NCBI RefSeq assembly: GCF_000143415.4
Contig: NW_003314322.1
Location: 435,430-499,429, forward strand
DNA from: Selaginella moellendorffii
Taxonomy: Eukaryota > Plantae > Lycopodiophyta
Direction of reading: 5' to 3'
Length of the DNA stretch: 64,000 bases
The position numbers and the translations under genes are program-made. This document shows, piece by piece, positions 26,320-37,262 of this stretch (its first letter is position 1; every line of letters starts with the position of its first letter). The notes below the pieces were generated by a model. That model saw nothing but the letters and a program-made list of their open reading frames with translations. It did not search any database and was not told the DNA's origin.

Positions 26320-28929
26320 GAAGAGTCTACGATTGCTATCCTTTAAAACTCAAAAGCTGCTCCTAGGCTCTTCTGTACCCAAAAAGGCAGCGCACACCAA
26401 GTTGCGACTTTTCTGGAGTATAACAAAGAGTCACGATGTTCATACACGTCCTGGGTTTCGGGACGATTTCCAGAATCAGTTGCTCGGATCTGGATGACAT
26501 TTGTTTTTGTGTGTACGGAGTCAATGCTTGACCCCCCGGAGCCCCAGAGAAAAGAATATGGTTTTGTATTGTGTGTGAAACCAGAGGCTATGGTTGCTGC
26601 AGCGTTGCGAATTGCTGATAAGTATGTGCTACCTACTTTGCATTTGGAGCATCACGTGGCACACACATGAAAAGGATCCATCTTCCATCTCGATTGTTGA
26701 TAAATGAATCCGCTTTTGTTGGGACAGACACAGCATCACTTTTTGAATCACCCTCTTGAGATCCCGGTAACGTTGTTTAGAGCGCAATCCAAGCTGTGCT
26801 GTGCGTGTGATTTTACTTGCTTGCCGATAGCGACCTCGACACATCGTTCATTGGTTCAGGCTTCTTCGCTCTGCACTTTTAAGACACGGAAGTGGATTGG
26901 ATTGGATTCCATGAATTGCCTCCCAGGCACCTATTTTTGCTACGCCTCATGGTCTAACATTGACCGCGCGCGCGCGCCTCTCATGTGGACACTGTGCTTG
27001 GGTTAAAAACCGAACGAGAAGGGGCGGGCAAAGGTGTTTAAAACAAACAAAACTCAGGACCCTCTTTTTGTCTTGCACCTAATCCTCACCTACCGAACCT
27101 CGTTCCGATTCCGATGCTTAGCAACTAAACAAGGCATTTCCCCAGCTTGAATGCGCAAAGCTGATATGGCCAATCAAACGGAAATCCATATATATACATA
27201 TTCTACGAAAAGAGCATATCAGCAGCGAAGAAACGAAAGAAATTGATTCTATGGCAGCAACCCCAACCGGCCAAGCATCCAACTACCTGCTTCATGTGAA
27301 AAGCAGAAGATTTCTTTAGCTGTGGTGGTATCTATAGAAGCAGGGCGCTGGATTTCTCATGGGACAAGTTGTCGCGCGCGCAGCATAGGGAGATAGGGAG
27401 CTCATGCCCTTCTTCTCTTGTGATAGAGCCTCCGGAAAATCTAGGGTAATAGATTTCTCGGGCACCTTTTAGGGAGAGTATAAAAACTCTTGCGATACAT
27501 TGGGTTTGGTCCTTTGTTGTCCTGTGGCACATTATTGGCGATCAAGACGCATGTACTTTTCTTTGTGTCGTTGGCAAAAGATCAGAGTAAGGCATATTCT
27601 ACCTAGAAACAAGCGGGGATATCCCACCTAATCAGCCTGGAAGTCGATCCAAGGCCCCGTGTGCACACACGGATGAAAAACCATACCAAACCAGTCAAGT
27701 GAATCCACATCCGACGCAGCAATGGCCAATGGCATGGATTTAAAAATGACATTCTTATACCAAGGGTTTTTAGGGGGTTGTTAGGTTTTACATGGAGCAA
27801 TAAGTTTGACCGGAGGGTGATGTACGGAAGGGCTAATGATAAGTTAGAGCTTGCACTGCAGCTCTCACCCCACCATGGCAACTAGGTACCTTCCCTATTA
27901 ACACGCCACGCGCCAATGGTAGGTCTACAGGCCTAGTGGTTACCATAGTAGTAGTGTTTCTACGAGAGGCATGTCCAATCGGATAGCTGGCTGGCATGGA
28001 TGATGATGATATGGACCATTGGAATGGAACTCTTTCCTCATATTCACTAACTACATTCTGACTCACAATTCCGTGCATGGGCACCCATGCTCGCCATTCA
28101 AAACATGTCTTTTCGACGCATTGATAACCGGCAGCATAGCACGCATGATCATACGTCCAAGAATGGGCATGCCCCCCATGCATCGGGGGCAACCAAATGA
28201 TTGAACCCCAGCGCAGCACACGTAATTGGTGTCCCACCAACTATTTTACCCATGCAACTTGGCCACCCACTAAACTAATCTCAATCCCCACACGGGGAGG
28301 ATGGAGGTTAACAAGCCCCGGCATGCCGCGTGTCATTAGCGCCAGCTGGGAGGCGACAGTGACAGCTCATACCGCCGGATGACCGGGTTGCAGAATCGAA
28401 CCCTGGATGGATGAGTGAGTATGTGGCAGGTGTGTCGCGTGGCAGCGAGCCGGAGCGTTGGATGCGGCGGAATTGGCGGTGGGAGTGCCGCGACCGTTAG
28501 ATGGTCGATTGCAGTCCACGTAGGCGGGACGGTGCCTCCAGGTGGCGGTGTCGTGGCTTTCCTCTGCCAGCGTGGCAGTGGGCGTTCCATATAAACCCAA
28601 TTTCCGCACATAGGCCTCAGGATGCGTGTGTGCATCTCTTGGACGCTCTCCCGCTGCTGCTTGCCTGGTTTTCATGATTGAAAGGCGCTTCTCTGTCGGG
28701 GGTTTTGTTTTTGGGTTTTGTCGATTTGCGAGAAGCCCAGAGGCCGGATTGTTTGGAGCCGGGGCAGCCAGCGAGTAGCGAGGGCGGTGTGCGTCGCCGA
28801 TCACCACACTCTTGTTTTCTTCTCCACGGGAGCGACATTACGCCGTGCACGCACTCTGGCTTATCCGGGCTTAGTCTTTTAGCTTGGCACGCAGTCTCCT
28901 CCCCCATATTTATTTCTGGCCGATTAAGG

Positions 28930-30466
28930 ATGGCTGGCAGCCCATCCAAATTCAAGCGAATCTGCGTCTTTTGTGGGAGCAGTAGCGGCAGGAAGAGGAG
29001 CTACAGCAATAGTGCTCTGGAGCTGGGCAAGGAACTGGTGCGGAATTGGTGGAAGTTGATTTGATGCCTCGAGCTCACTCGTGCTGCCGTGTGTGCGTGT
29101 GCGTGTGCGTGTGTCAAGGTCGGGCGCAAGATCGATCTGGTGTATGGCGGTGGGAATGTGGGGCTCATGGGCCTCATTGCGCAGGCTGTGCACGAAGGTG
29201 GAGGCCATGTCACTGGGTAAGTTCGCTTTCTCCCCCCTTGTTGCACCCAGCCGCGTGGTGCATCCATCTCTTCGATGCATTCATTAAGGCGCTTGGAACT
29301 TTGCGAGCGGCTGACAATGTGATCACAGAAAAGCCCCTCCAAACAGAGACAGCAGCACACGACAGGGGGATTTTGTGTGTGATCATTGAAGCTTTTACGA
29401 GTCAGATTCATCGGCATTCCATCCATCCCGTGGCACTAGAGTAGAGCATGGCGCACACGTCGTTTAACTATTCCTTTTCATGTCAGTGTACTGATTGATT
29501 TTGTGCCTTGTACGTGCAGGGTGATTCCGAAGGCGCTCATGTCTAGCGAGGTGAGTGATTTCTCTTGCGTTGCGCTCCTCCTTAAATATCATATCCGCTC
29601 TGTGCCGCGCATGTTCTGTGTTGGATCCAGCTGCTGACCATGATCTGCTGCTCGTTTGCTTTTTGTTTTGTTTCTTCTGCGTTGCCAAGTTGTGGCTTTT
29701 CTCATGCCCCTCCGGCGTTCGCTACTTTCGTGCCCGCTCACCTCTCGTCCGGTTGAACAGATATGCGGCCAAACGGTGGGAGAGGTGCGGCCGGTTGCCG
29801 ATATGCACCAAAGGAAAGCCGAGATGGCACGCCAAGCCGACGCCTTCATTGCTCTTCCTGGTATACTGTCACGCAGCGTAGCCTTCATGTGCTTGACATG
29901 CCCCCAATCTCGTTGCTTCTTTCAGGTGGCTACGGAACTTTGGAGGAGCTGTTAGAGGTGATAACATGGGCTCAGCTCGGAATCCACGACAAGCCGGTAA
30001 AGCGATTGGTGCTTATTGTTTGTGTGAGGTCTAAGCTTTGGAATGTTTCTTGTGTGTGTCAGGTGGGATTGCTGAACGTGGATGGCTACTTCAATCCGCT
30101 GCTCAACTTGTTTGACAAGGGAACCGAGGAGGGGTTTATCCAGCCATCTTATCGGCAGATAGTTGTTTCCGCGTCGACAGCTCACGAACTTGTGAATAGA
30201 TTGGAGGTACGTTCCCTCCTTACAACACCGCTTACTTCCCACCTGGTGTCCGGGATCCTTTCATCCTCTTTTGTCGTCACAGCCTTCTAGAACGCAACTT
30301 GCTCGTGTTTCTTTTGTTTCTTGTTTGTCAAATAGCTCCTTACGGAAAACTGGGCTTGTTGTTGTGAATGCAGGAGTACGTTCCGATGTACATCTGTGTT
30401 GCCCCCAAAGAGACATGGGCAAGGGAGAAGCTCGTCTTTTCGAACGTGCCAAGCCTGGCGTCATGA
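28930..30466 (+). CDS. LOG: Cytokinin riboside 5'-monophosphate phosphoribohydrolase (LONELY GUY)
   Basis: [12 protein letters not shown]; [14 protein letters not shown]; DMHQRKAEM; [16 protein letters not shown]; [10 protein letters not shown]. Confidence 0.96.
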
Positions 30467-30830
30467 CTCGCGCGTAATATTATACCAGCTTCATCATGGT
30501 GTACAAATATCCCGTTGCTGGAACGCCATACATAGCTACGCCTTTTAGGGGAGCCCCAATGCATGGACTTTGACAAGCCCAAGAAAAAGTCCATTCACAC
30601 ACACACACACACACTCACCTTCTATAACCCCTTCCATCCATCAGTCTGTCCATCCTTTAAATTTCTTTGTTGCCCATTGGCAACCAACCTCTTTGTTTCC
30701 CCAACCTTCTTTCACACAATGATCCTGGTGTTGCTAGGAAGGAACAAGCACCAATGACACGAAGGGGGGTAGGCAGCAAACTTGATGACCAGCCAAAGGC
30801 TTAAAGTTTTTTTTCTTTTTTTTGTCATAT

Positions 30831-30856
30831 AATATATATATATATATATATATATA
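30831..30856 (+). repeat. (AT)n microsatellite
   Basis: Direct inspection. Confidence 0.85.
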
Positions 30857-31054
30857 CTACACGCAATGAAGATCACAAAATTACAAGATTTTTTATTAGG
30901 GCCCACGCAGCGCATTGTTCAGCTAGAACGGTGCTTTAGCTTGAAGCAGGGGACAACCCGGCTCGATGGGCACTCAACCTGCGCTGGCTGGCTGTCTTCG
31001 CTCCCTTTTGGCTTGCAAGGCCTTGGGCACAGCCACTGCAACCGCCAGCTTTTA

Positions 31055-32215
31055 TTATTCCTCTGCCGCGCCTGATGCCGCTGTGACCTTTGTTGGGAGG
31101 CAATTGAGATGCTTCCTCATCATGTACTGGTCCTGCGCAGCTGGACGCCGTGTCGTAAAGAAGCCCTGCACCATCTTATCCAGCCTCACTAGATGGTGCG
31201 CCAGCCGCTCCTCGCTCGCAGCCGTACCGCGACACGGGCGTTGCTGCGGCATCTGGTTGACGACATCCTCGGCCACCACTAAAGCCCTGGTCGCGTTCGA
31301 CATCCAAACCTGCTCGAACTGCAAGCCGACATTGCACTCGTATTTGGCCTCTGTCTCCTGCCTCTTCCTCATCCTTACCCCCCTGCCCCTCCGCCTCTTC
31401 TCCATGTCCCGTGCATGCCGTCGCACGTCCTCGCTGCTCGTCACCCTGATGGTATTCCCCAGGAACATGGGCGACGCCAGCGTGATGTTGTCGTAGTCGG
31501 CATGGACACGGCGGAGCTCCATGCTGGTGGCGAGGAAGGCCGTAACGTGATCTCGTATGTGCCGAACCAGCGCCTGTGGGCCCTGAACCCCGACGAGGAG
31601 CTGGTCCATGTACCGTATGTACTTGACGCTGTGGATGCCATTCCCTCTGTCCCCGCACCGCTCCGCCCTGGGCGTGCAGTTTGCTTGCATCACCCTCTGC
31701 ACCTCCCTGTCCGCGAAGGTGAGGAAGATGTTGCACAGCAGGGGCGTCAACGCGTTGCGCCGGATCCCCTTGCCCTGCTGGGGATAGAAGCACATGTCCT
31801 TGATGAGACCCACCAGCGCCCTGTCCCGGATTCGGGCGATCAAGCTCTTGGTGAGCAGGAAGTGATCCAGGGACTTGACGCAGTGCAGTATGTGCAGCTG
31901 GAGATACCATTCCACGCCCTGCCACGTGCTCTTTATCTGCCGGAACACGAGCTGGCGGCCGCTGCCCGGCCTCCAGCCCAGCGCCTGGTCTGCGAACCGC
32001 GGCTCAAACAGCCTCTCCACCACCATACGAACAGCCTCGTGGACGATGCGGTCCGTCTGGGCACCAATCTCCACGCGCCTGCTCTTGCGGACTCCAAACC
32101 GCGCCAGGGTTGCCTTGCCATAGGCTAGAGCGCACGCGGGGCCCGTCTGGAACCGGCAGTGCTCCAGCCCGAGGACACCCACCACCACCACCACCCGCCT
32201 GGCGCACCGCAGCAT
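31055..32215 (-). CDS. Intronless nuclear group II intron reverse-transcriptase/maturase-like protein (degenerate RT), 386 aa
   Basis: RT2 DRIVHEAVRMVVERLFEPRF...GWRPG; RT3 WQGVEWYLQLHI...SLDH; RT4 LTPLLCNIFLTFAD; RT5 YIRYMDQLLVGVQG; RT7 FLGNTI. Confidence 0.82.
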   Translation of the reverse strand: MLRCARRVVVVVGVLGLEHCRFQTGPACALAYGKATLARFGVRKSRRVEIGAQTDRIVHEAVRMVVERLFEPRFADQALGWRPGSGRQLVFRQIKSTWQGVEWYLQLHILHCVKSLDHFLLTKSLIARIRDRALVGLIKDMCFYPQQGKGIRRNALTPLLCNIFLTFADREVQRVMQANCTPRAERCGDRGNGIHSVKYIRYMDQLLVGVQGPQALVRHIRDHVTAFLATSMELRRVHADYDNITLASPMFLGNTIRVTSSEDVRRHARDMEKRRRGRGVRMRKRQETEAKYECNVGLQFEQVWMSNATRALVVAEDVVNQMPQQRPCRGTAASEERLAHHLVRLDKMVQGFFTTRRPAAQDQYMMRKHLNCLPTKVTAASGAAEE

Positions 32216-32279
32216 TGTTGGTATTGCGGGGAAGCCCTCGTTGTTGACAAAACACTTACATAAAACCTCTCTACCACCT

Positions 32280-34188
32280 CTACGCGGAGGCGTCCACTCC
32301 CATCTTGTGGCCCAAAACCCCCAGCTGGCGGCTCAACTCCGCGCCCGTCACCACCTCCGTGCAGCCATAAATGATGTTCTTGCCGGGTTGGCACCTCTGG
32401 CCCAGCTCTACAAGGCTCCCATGCTCCAAGTAGTTGCCACCGCCAATCATGAACACGACAGCCTCCTTGAACGGGCCCTTGGTGTGAATTCCCGGCGCAG
32501 AGCCTTTGGGAGCACGCGGATCCAGCGTCATGTAAGACTCCAGCTCGGGAGCCAGCCTTGCCTCCATCAGAGACTCCACGGTTCGTGTAAGAGCCAATTG
32601 TCTTCCCGCGGACAGAAAGTTCTTGACGCCCGCTGTCACTGTTGTGGAGAGCCAGTCCACCAGGTTGCTCTTGCTGCCCGTGTTCACTGACGCCAGCGAG
32701 ATGTTCAAGGACCGTATCCTTTTCACATAAAGAAACGATGTGACGTCCACCCGGGCCTCCCGAAGTGCTGCTTCCACAGATTCGATCTCTGCGCCCGCTG
32801 CGGATTCCATGGACAGCAGATAGACGAGGCCAAGTCGCAATTTATCGTCGCTCGTACCCTTCCCCTTGAGGGCTCCCAGCAGCGCCGTCTTGTCAACCGT
32901 CCCCTTGGTCAGCATGTCCTCCTCCAGCGAGTAGAAGCCATCCAGATTCCGGCTCTTTATCTCCCCCAAGAGCGCCGTCGCGATGTTGGTGTGCTTGTCA
33001 ATCATCTTCTTGCGCTCCGTCAGCTCCGGGAGGGAGTTGACGGCGCTCATCAGGTGCTTGGTGTTCCCCAGCAGCTCTTGCTCGTCAAACGGCACGTCGG
33101 CACGCCCCCCGGTTCTCCTGTTCACCTCCTCCACGTCCTCCTTGTACTTTTTCAGCTGGGCCTCCACTTCTTCCGCCACCTTTGGGAAGGCGGCAGCGTT
33201 GTTGGCCACCCAGAAGGTGTCCGACTCATCCAGCTCGAACGACTTGGCCGCGCCCTTGCCCGCCACGCCGGCAGCCGCGCCCTCCCCCTGAACCACCACG
33301 CGGTTGAGCTTCATGCCCAGGACGTCGTGCACCAGCGGCCTGTACGTCCACACGTGCTGCACGCCCACCGAGAGCTCAAAGTTCCTGTCGAAGATGCAGC
33401 AGAGGGGGCGCTGGAACGAGGTGCCAAAGTGGCCCGGCTCCGTGAAGAGGTTGTTCCTGGAGACGAGGTGGTCTCTGATCCTGGCGTCCAGCTGCGTCGC
33501 CACCATCTCCGCAGGCCCGCCCCGCGCACAGCGCAGCACCGGCACCACCCCGAGCGTGACGAACACCGAGAAGAGGCCGTTGACAATGGCGTCCACGGCG
33601 GTCTCGATGTCCTTGTCCTGGGCGCTAGGATCGTTGAGCCGGACGTACGTGTCGGGCAGCGCCAGCGAGAACATGGCCGTGTCGAGCGTGACGAACTCGG
33701 CGTACTGGTCAAACACCTTGGAGAGGCGGTGCATGCAGTCGTTCTTGAGGGCCCCCATGGCGAGCTCCTCGAGCAGCGCGCGCGGGAGCGACGAGGAGAA
33801 GTTGAGGTGGAAGGACTCGTAGACGCCACGGGCGGCGTCCTGTATGATCCTGTGGATGTTGGGCGCGGTTGGCTGGACAAAGTAGATGGCGGGGGCGTCG
33901 GGGATGTTTTGGCGCTCCACGTCGATCATGAAGCAGATGGTGACCCCGTGCTTGCGCAGCTCGTGGAGGTGGATGAGCGGCGACAGGATGTCCCGGCAAA
34001 ACTTATCCACCACAAGCACCTTGTACACGGCGTCGTCGCCCGTGCCGCCCGCGGGGAGCGGCTGGTTGAGGTTGAGCATTCTCTTGATAACATCTGCGCG
34101 CAGCACCACCACGCTGCTCAGCTACGCCACAAAACCCAACCAGATCGAAGCTCTCACCTAGGTGCTTGTGGCGCAGCGACATCGCCAT
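32280..34188 (-). CDS. SLY1: Sec1/Munc18-family protein SLY1, short first exon plus large second exon
   Basis: MAMSLRHKHL/DVIKRMLNLN; YKVLVVD; LRKHGVT; PAIYFVQPT; HVWTYRPLVHD; LPELTERKKMIDKHTNIAT; VFMIGGGNYLE. Confidence 0.95.
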
Positions 34189-34262
34189 GGCTGCCTCGCT
34201 CCGCTGCGCGCCAAACAAACCCTAGATCTATCTTCGACTGGCTAGGGCTTTGGCCATTACTA

Positions 34263-35476
34263 ATGTCAGCATTGGCGGGGTGCGTGCTCCTTCGCCCCTA
34301 CACCCAGCCCCCCAAGGAGCTGCTTGTTCGCCCCCGGGAGGCGTGGGGAGCGCGGCGCGTGCCGCCGCGCCTCCTTGCTCCCCGTGGAATGGGAAGGCGC
34401 TCCAGCAAGATCGCTGCCAGAAAGGTGGGCTTTTTTTTTTTTGCGCGATAGATACTAGTGGTCAAGGAATGCTATGCTGCCTGCGTGAGCAGGGAGCGCA
34501 AGCGGCAAGGAAGATGAAGAGGAACCAAAGAATTGGCAAGCAGATCGCAAAAGCGTACGTGCACCAGATTGTTGTGTGTTCCCGAGTCGGAGGTTTTGTG
34601 CTTGCACAGCGTTCGCGACGGCGGGCCAAACCCTGCGTCCAATCTGGTGCTGGCGTCGCTGCTGCAACAGGCCAGGGAGTGCAACTATCCCAAGGAGCAC
34701 ATTGACAAGCACCTGAGGAAGGCCACGGACAAGGATCAGCAAGACTACACCGAATGCATCTACGAGGTGCTGCATTTCACTGTCTCCTGTTGTGGCGCCA
34801 TGCTTCAAACGTCTGCGTTTCTCAGGCTTATGGCTTTGGAGGCGTTGGGCTTGTCATGGAGGCCCTCACAGACAACCCCAACCGAGCGTTTGCCAGCATC
34901 CGGGACGTGGTGAAGAAAAGTGGAGCCAAGATGGCGGACTCCGGTTCGGTCATGTTTGGATTCAAGCGAGCAGGAGTAATTGCGGTAAGGCCGGGCAAAG
35001 TGGATGCCGACCACCTCTTGCTTGCAGCAATGGACGCGGGCGCGGAGGATCTCATCGGCCCTGAGCCCTGCCATGAAGAAGATACGGACGAATCGGCAGC
35101 AGAGGAGAGGTATAAAAACTCTCTCCCCCCATCTCTTGCAGCGACCGCTCTCTCTTCGCCTCTCATCGGCTTGGCCCGCCAGACACTACAAGGTTGTGAT
35201 GCCGGTTGAGGAGTTTGGAGCCGTCAAGACGAAACTGAGCGAGGCCGGAATCAGCATGGACCTGGAAAGCTCTGGGCTCGAGTTTTTACCCGTGGCACCT
35301 GTGGAGGTGGGCTTCTCTCTCTCTCACTTTTGCTGCCTCGCTAGGTTGTCAAGCATCGAGTGTTTGAGCAGGTGGACGATGAAGCAATGGAGCTCAACAG
35401 AGCCTTGACAGACATGTTACTGGAGCTCGAGGACGTGGACGCTGTTTATTCCACGCAAAAACAAATAAAATTTTGA
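34263..35476 (+). CDS. YebC/PmpR/TACO1-family protein with organellar-type N-terminal extension, multi-exon
   Basis: MGRRSSKIAARK; GGPNPASN; YEAYGFGGVGLVMEALTDNPNR; MADSGSVMFGFKRAG; LLELEDVDAVYS. Confidence 0.9.
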
Positions 35477-35502
35477 TAAACCCTACCTAGCTTTGCCCTA
35501 GA

Positions 35503-37103
35503 ATGCGAGAAGGGATGTTCCCTCCAGCCGCAGCTCCAGAGGTTATGCGCGCCGCCGAGAAGGACGAGCAATACGCTTCCTTCGTCTGCGAATCGTGCTA
35601 CGATGCGTTTCGCCACGCATTTGGTATGTGCCAAATCGAATTGCAGTGCAGCTCATCCCATCCATGTCAACCAGGAACTCGGCTTGCTGTGGCCTACCAG
35701 AATGAGGTACAGAGCTTTCCTCTTTTGACACCACCGCGGCCACGAGTTGTTTCCCTTTCAGACCAAACTTGCTGGCCGAGCCCTCTACTACCTCCTGACC
35801 ACGGGGGCGGGACTCCAGACCTTGGGCGAGGAGTATTGTGACATCTTGCAGGCAAGAATCTTGCTGTTCTCTGTAGCTTTATGTTGGACTTGTTGCGTAT
35901 CAGGTGGCAGGGGCATCTGGCCTTCCCCCGTCTCCTGCTAGACGTGTTCTTCTCATCTTCTATCAAGCGATTCTCCCATATCTCGGAGAACGTCTCAGGT
36001 AATCAGGGAGATTATTGGTAGTTCTCATGCTACGTGTGCACTTCTCTCAGCTCCAGAGCAGCTGCACGAGGAATCCTGTTAGCAAACGAGGAGGGGAGGC
36101 GCGCACGCTCCTCGCTCTCGGGTGGAGAAAATACACGAGCTACAGCAACCAGTAGTCTTTCTTACACGGGGCTGCTGCAAAAGAGTGATCAAGTGCTCAA
36201 GTGGCTGCAATGTTTATGGTCTGCTGCCCTGCAGGGCTGGGCTGTGGTATGAATAGATTTATCGTCACAGCTGCTTGCTAAGCACTTGTAACTGCAGATT
36301 CTGCCTTCCTTGCGCGAAGCTCTTCTACTTCTTTCACGAGCGAACTTGATGCTCTTCTACTTCGATGGTAACTTGCGAGCTCATTTTCTTCATCCTTCAC
36401 TTTGACCGTCCTTGTCTTCAGGAATATATTATCATCTTGCAAAACGAGCAGCTCGAATACGTTACATCCATATGGGAAAGGCAGCGCAGCAAAGGCCCAG
36501 GTTTTGCGGAATGCTATCGATTGATATTACAGCCATGATCGTGGAAATTTGCAGGTACCACATGCTCGGTATGTTCCTACTTCTTCAACTATCGATTTTA
36601 AGCGGGCATTGGCTACGACGAAGTATTCTACCAGCTGTTGCTCTATCGATGCAATCACCCTCAGTTAACAGTGCCTCTCCTCCCGGAGGTGAAGTTTTTC
36701 CTTTATTTCTTTCCAAATATTTATAGATCTTGTCGTAATACACTATCAGCAACTCATCAAAGGATAACTATTCTGGATGAGGACGGAAACATGCCTCAGA
36801 GAAGCTCATTGGAACTAGAGGTGAGAATCAAACAGTTTGTGTGTAGAAAATAATCCCGTCGTGCAGAAGGAGGCTTCTTCGACGAAATGCCCACTGTGCT
36901 TAAGTCCCCGCCAAAATCCCACGGCAACGCCTTGCGGTCATGTGTTTTGCTGGTATGGACACGCTTTGGGTGTTGATCCTTCTACGGTTTTGACTTTCAG
37001 GACTTGCGTCGCGGAATGGTGCAATGAGAAACCCGAATGCCCACTCTGCCGAGCTCCAGTACTGCACTCTAGCCTTGTCTGCGTTTACCATGCAGATTTC
37101 TAA
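35503..37103 (+). CDS. PEX10: Peroxin-10 RING E3 ligase, multi-exon
   Basis: [19 protein letters not shown]; [12 protein letters not shown]; GIYYHLAKR; [27 protein letters not shown]...CPLCR. Confidence 0.95.
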
Positions 37104-37262
37104 ACAAGAGTGTGCTACGCGCATGCTTTCGAAGCGTCATTGTTGACTGTCATCTTTGAACCAGTCCCAACATTTGTCCTTTGTATCGTCCGGGGATATG
37201 AGGTGCACGCTCTCTGGTTTTTAACTAGTGTTTTGATTGCTCTGGATCTGGTGCAGGCAGTG

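Noticed and set aside
26320-28929. miRNA, tRNA or snoRNA genes in the long intergenic region
   Set aside because: No conserved miRNA sequence, T-loop motif or convincing long hairpin seen by eye; an Rfam/tRNAscan scan would settle it.
32991-34451. 486-aa + strand ORF antisense to SLY1
   Set aside because: Shadow ORF from GC3-rich codons. Only its last ~60 codons are real (YebC exon 1).
37110-37262. N-terminal extension of the LecRK given by the ORF track
   Set aside because: Starts at GTG; the signal peptide begins at ATG 37263.
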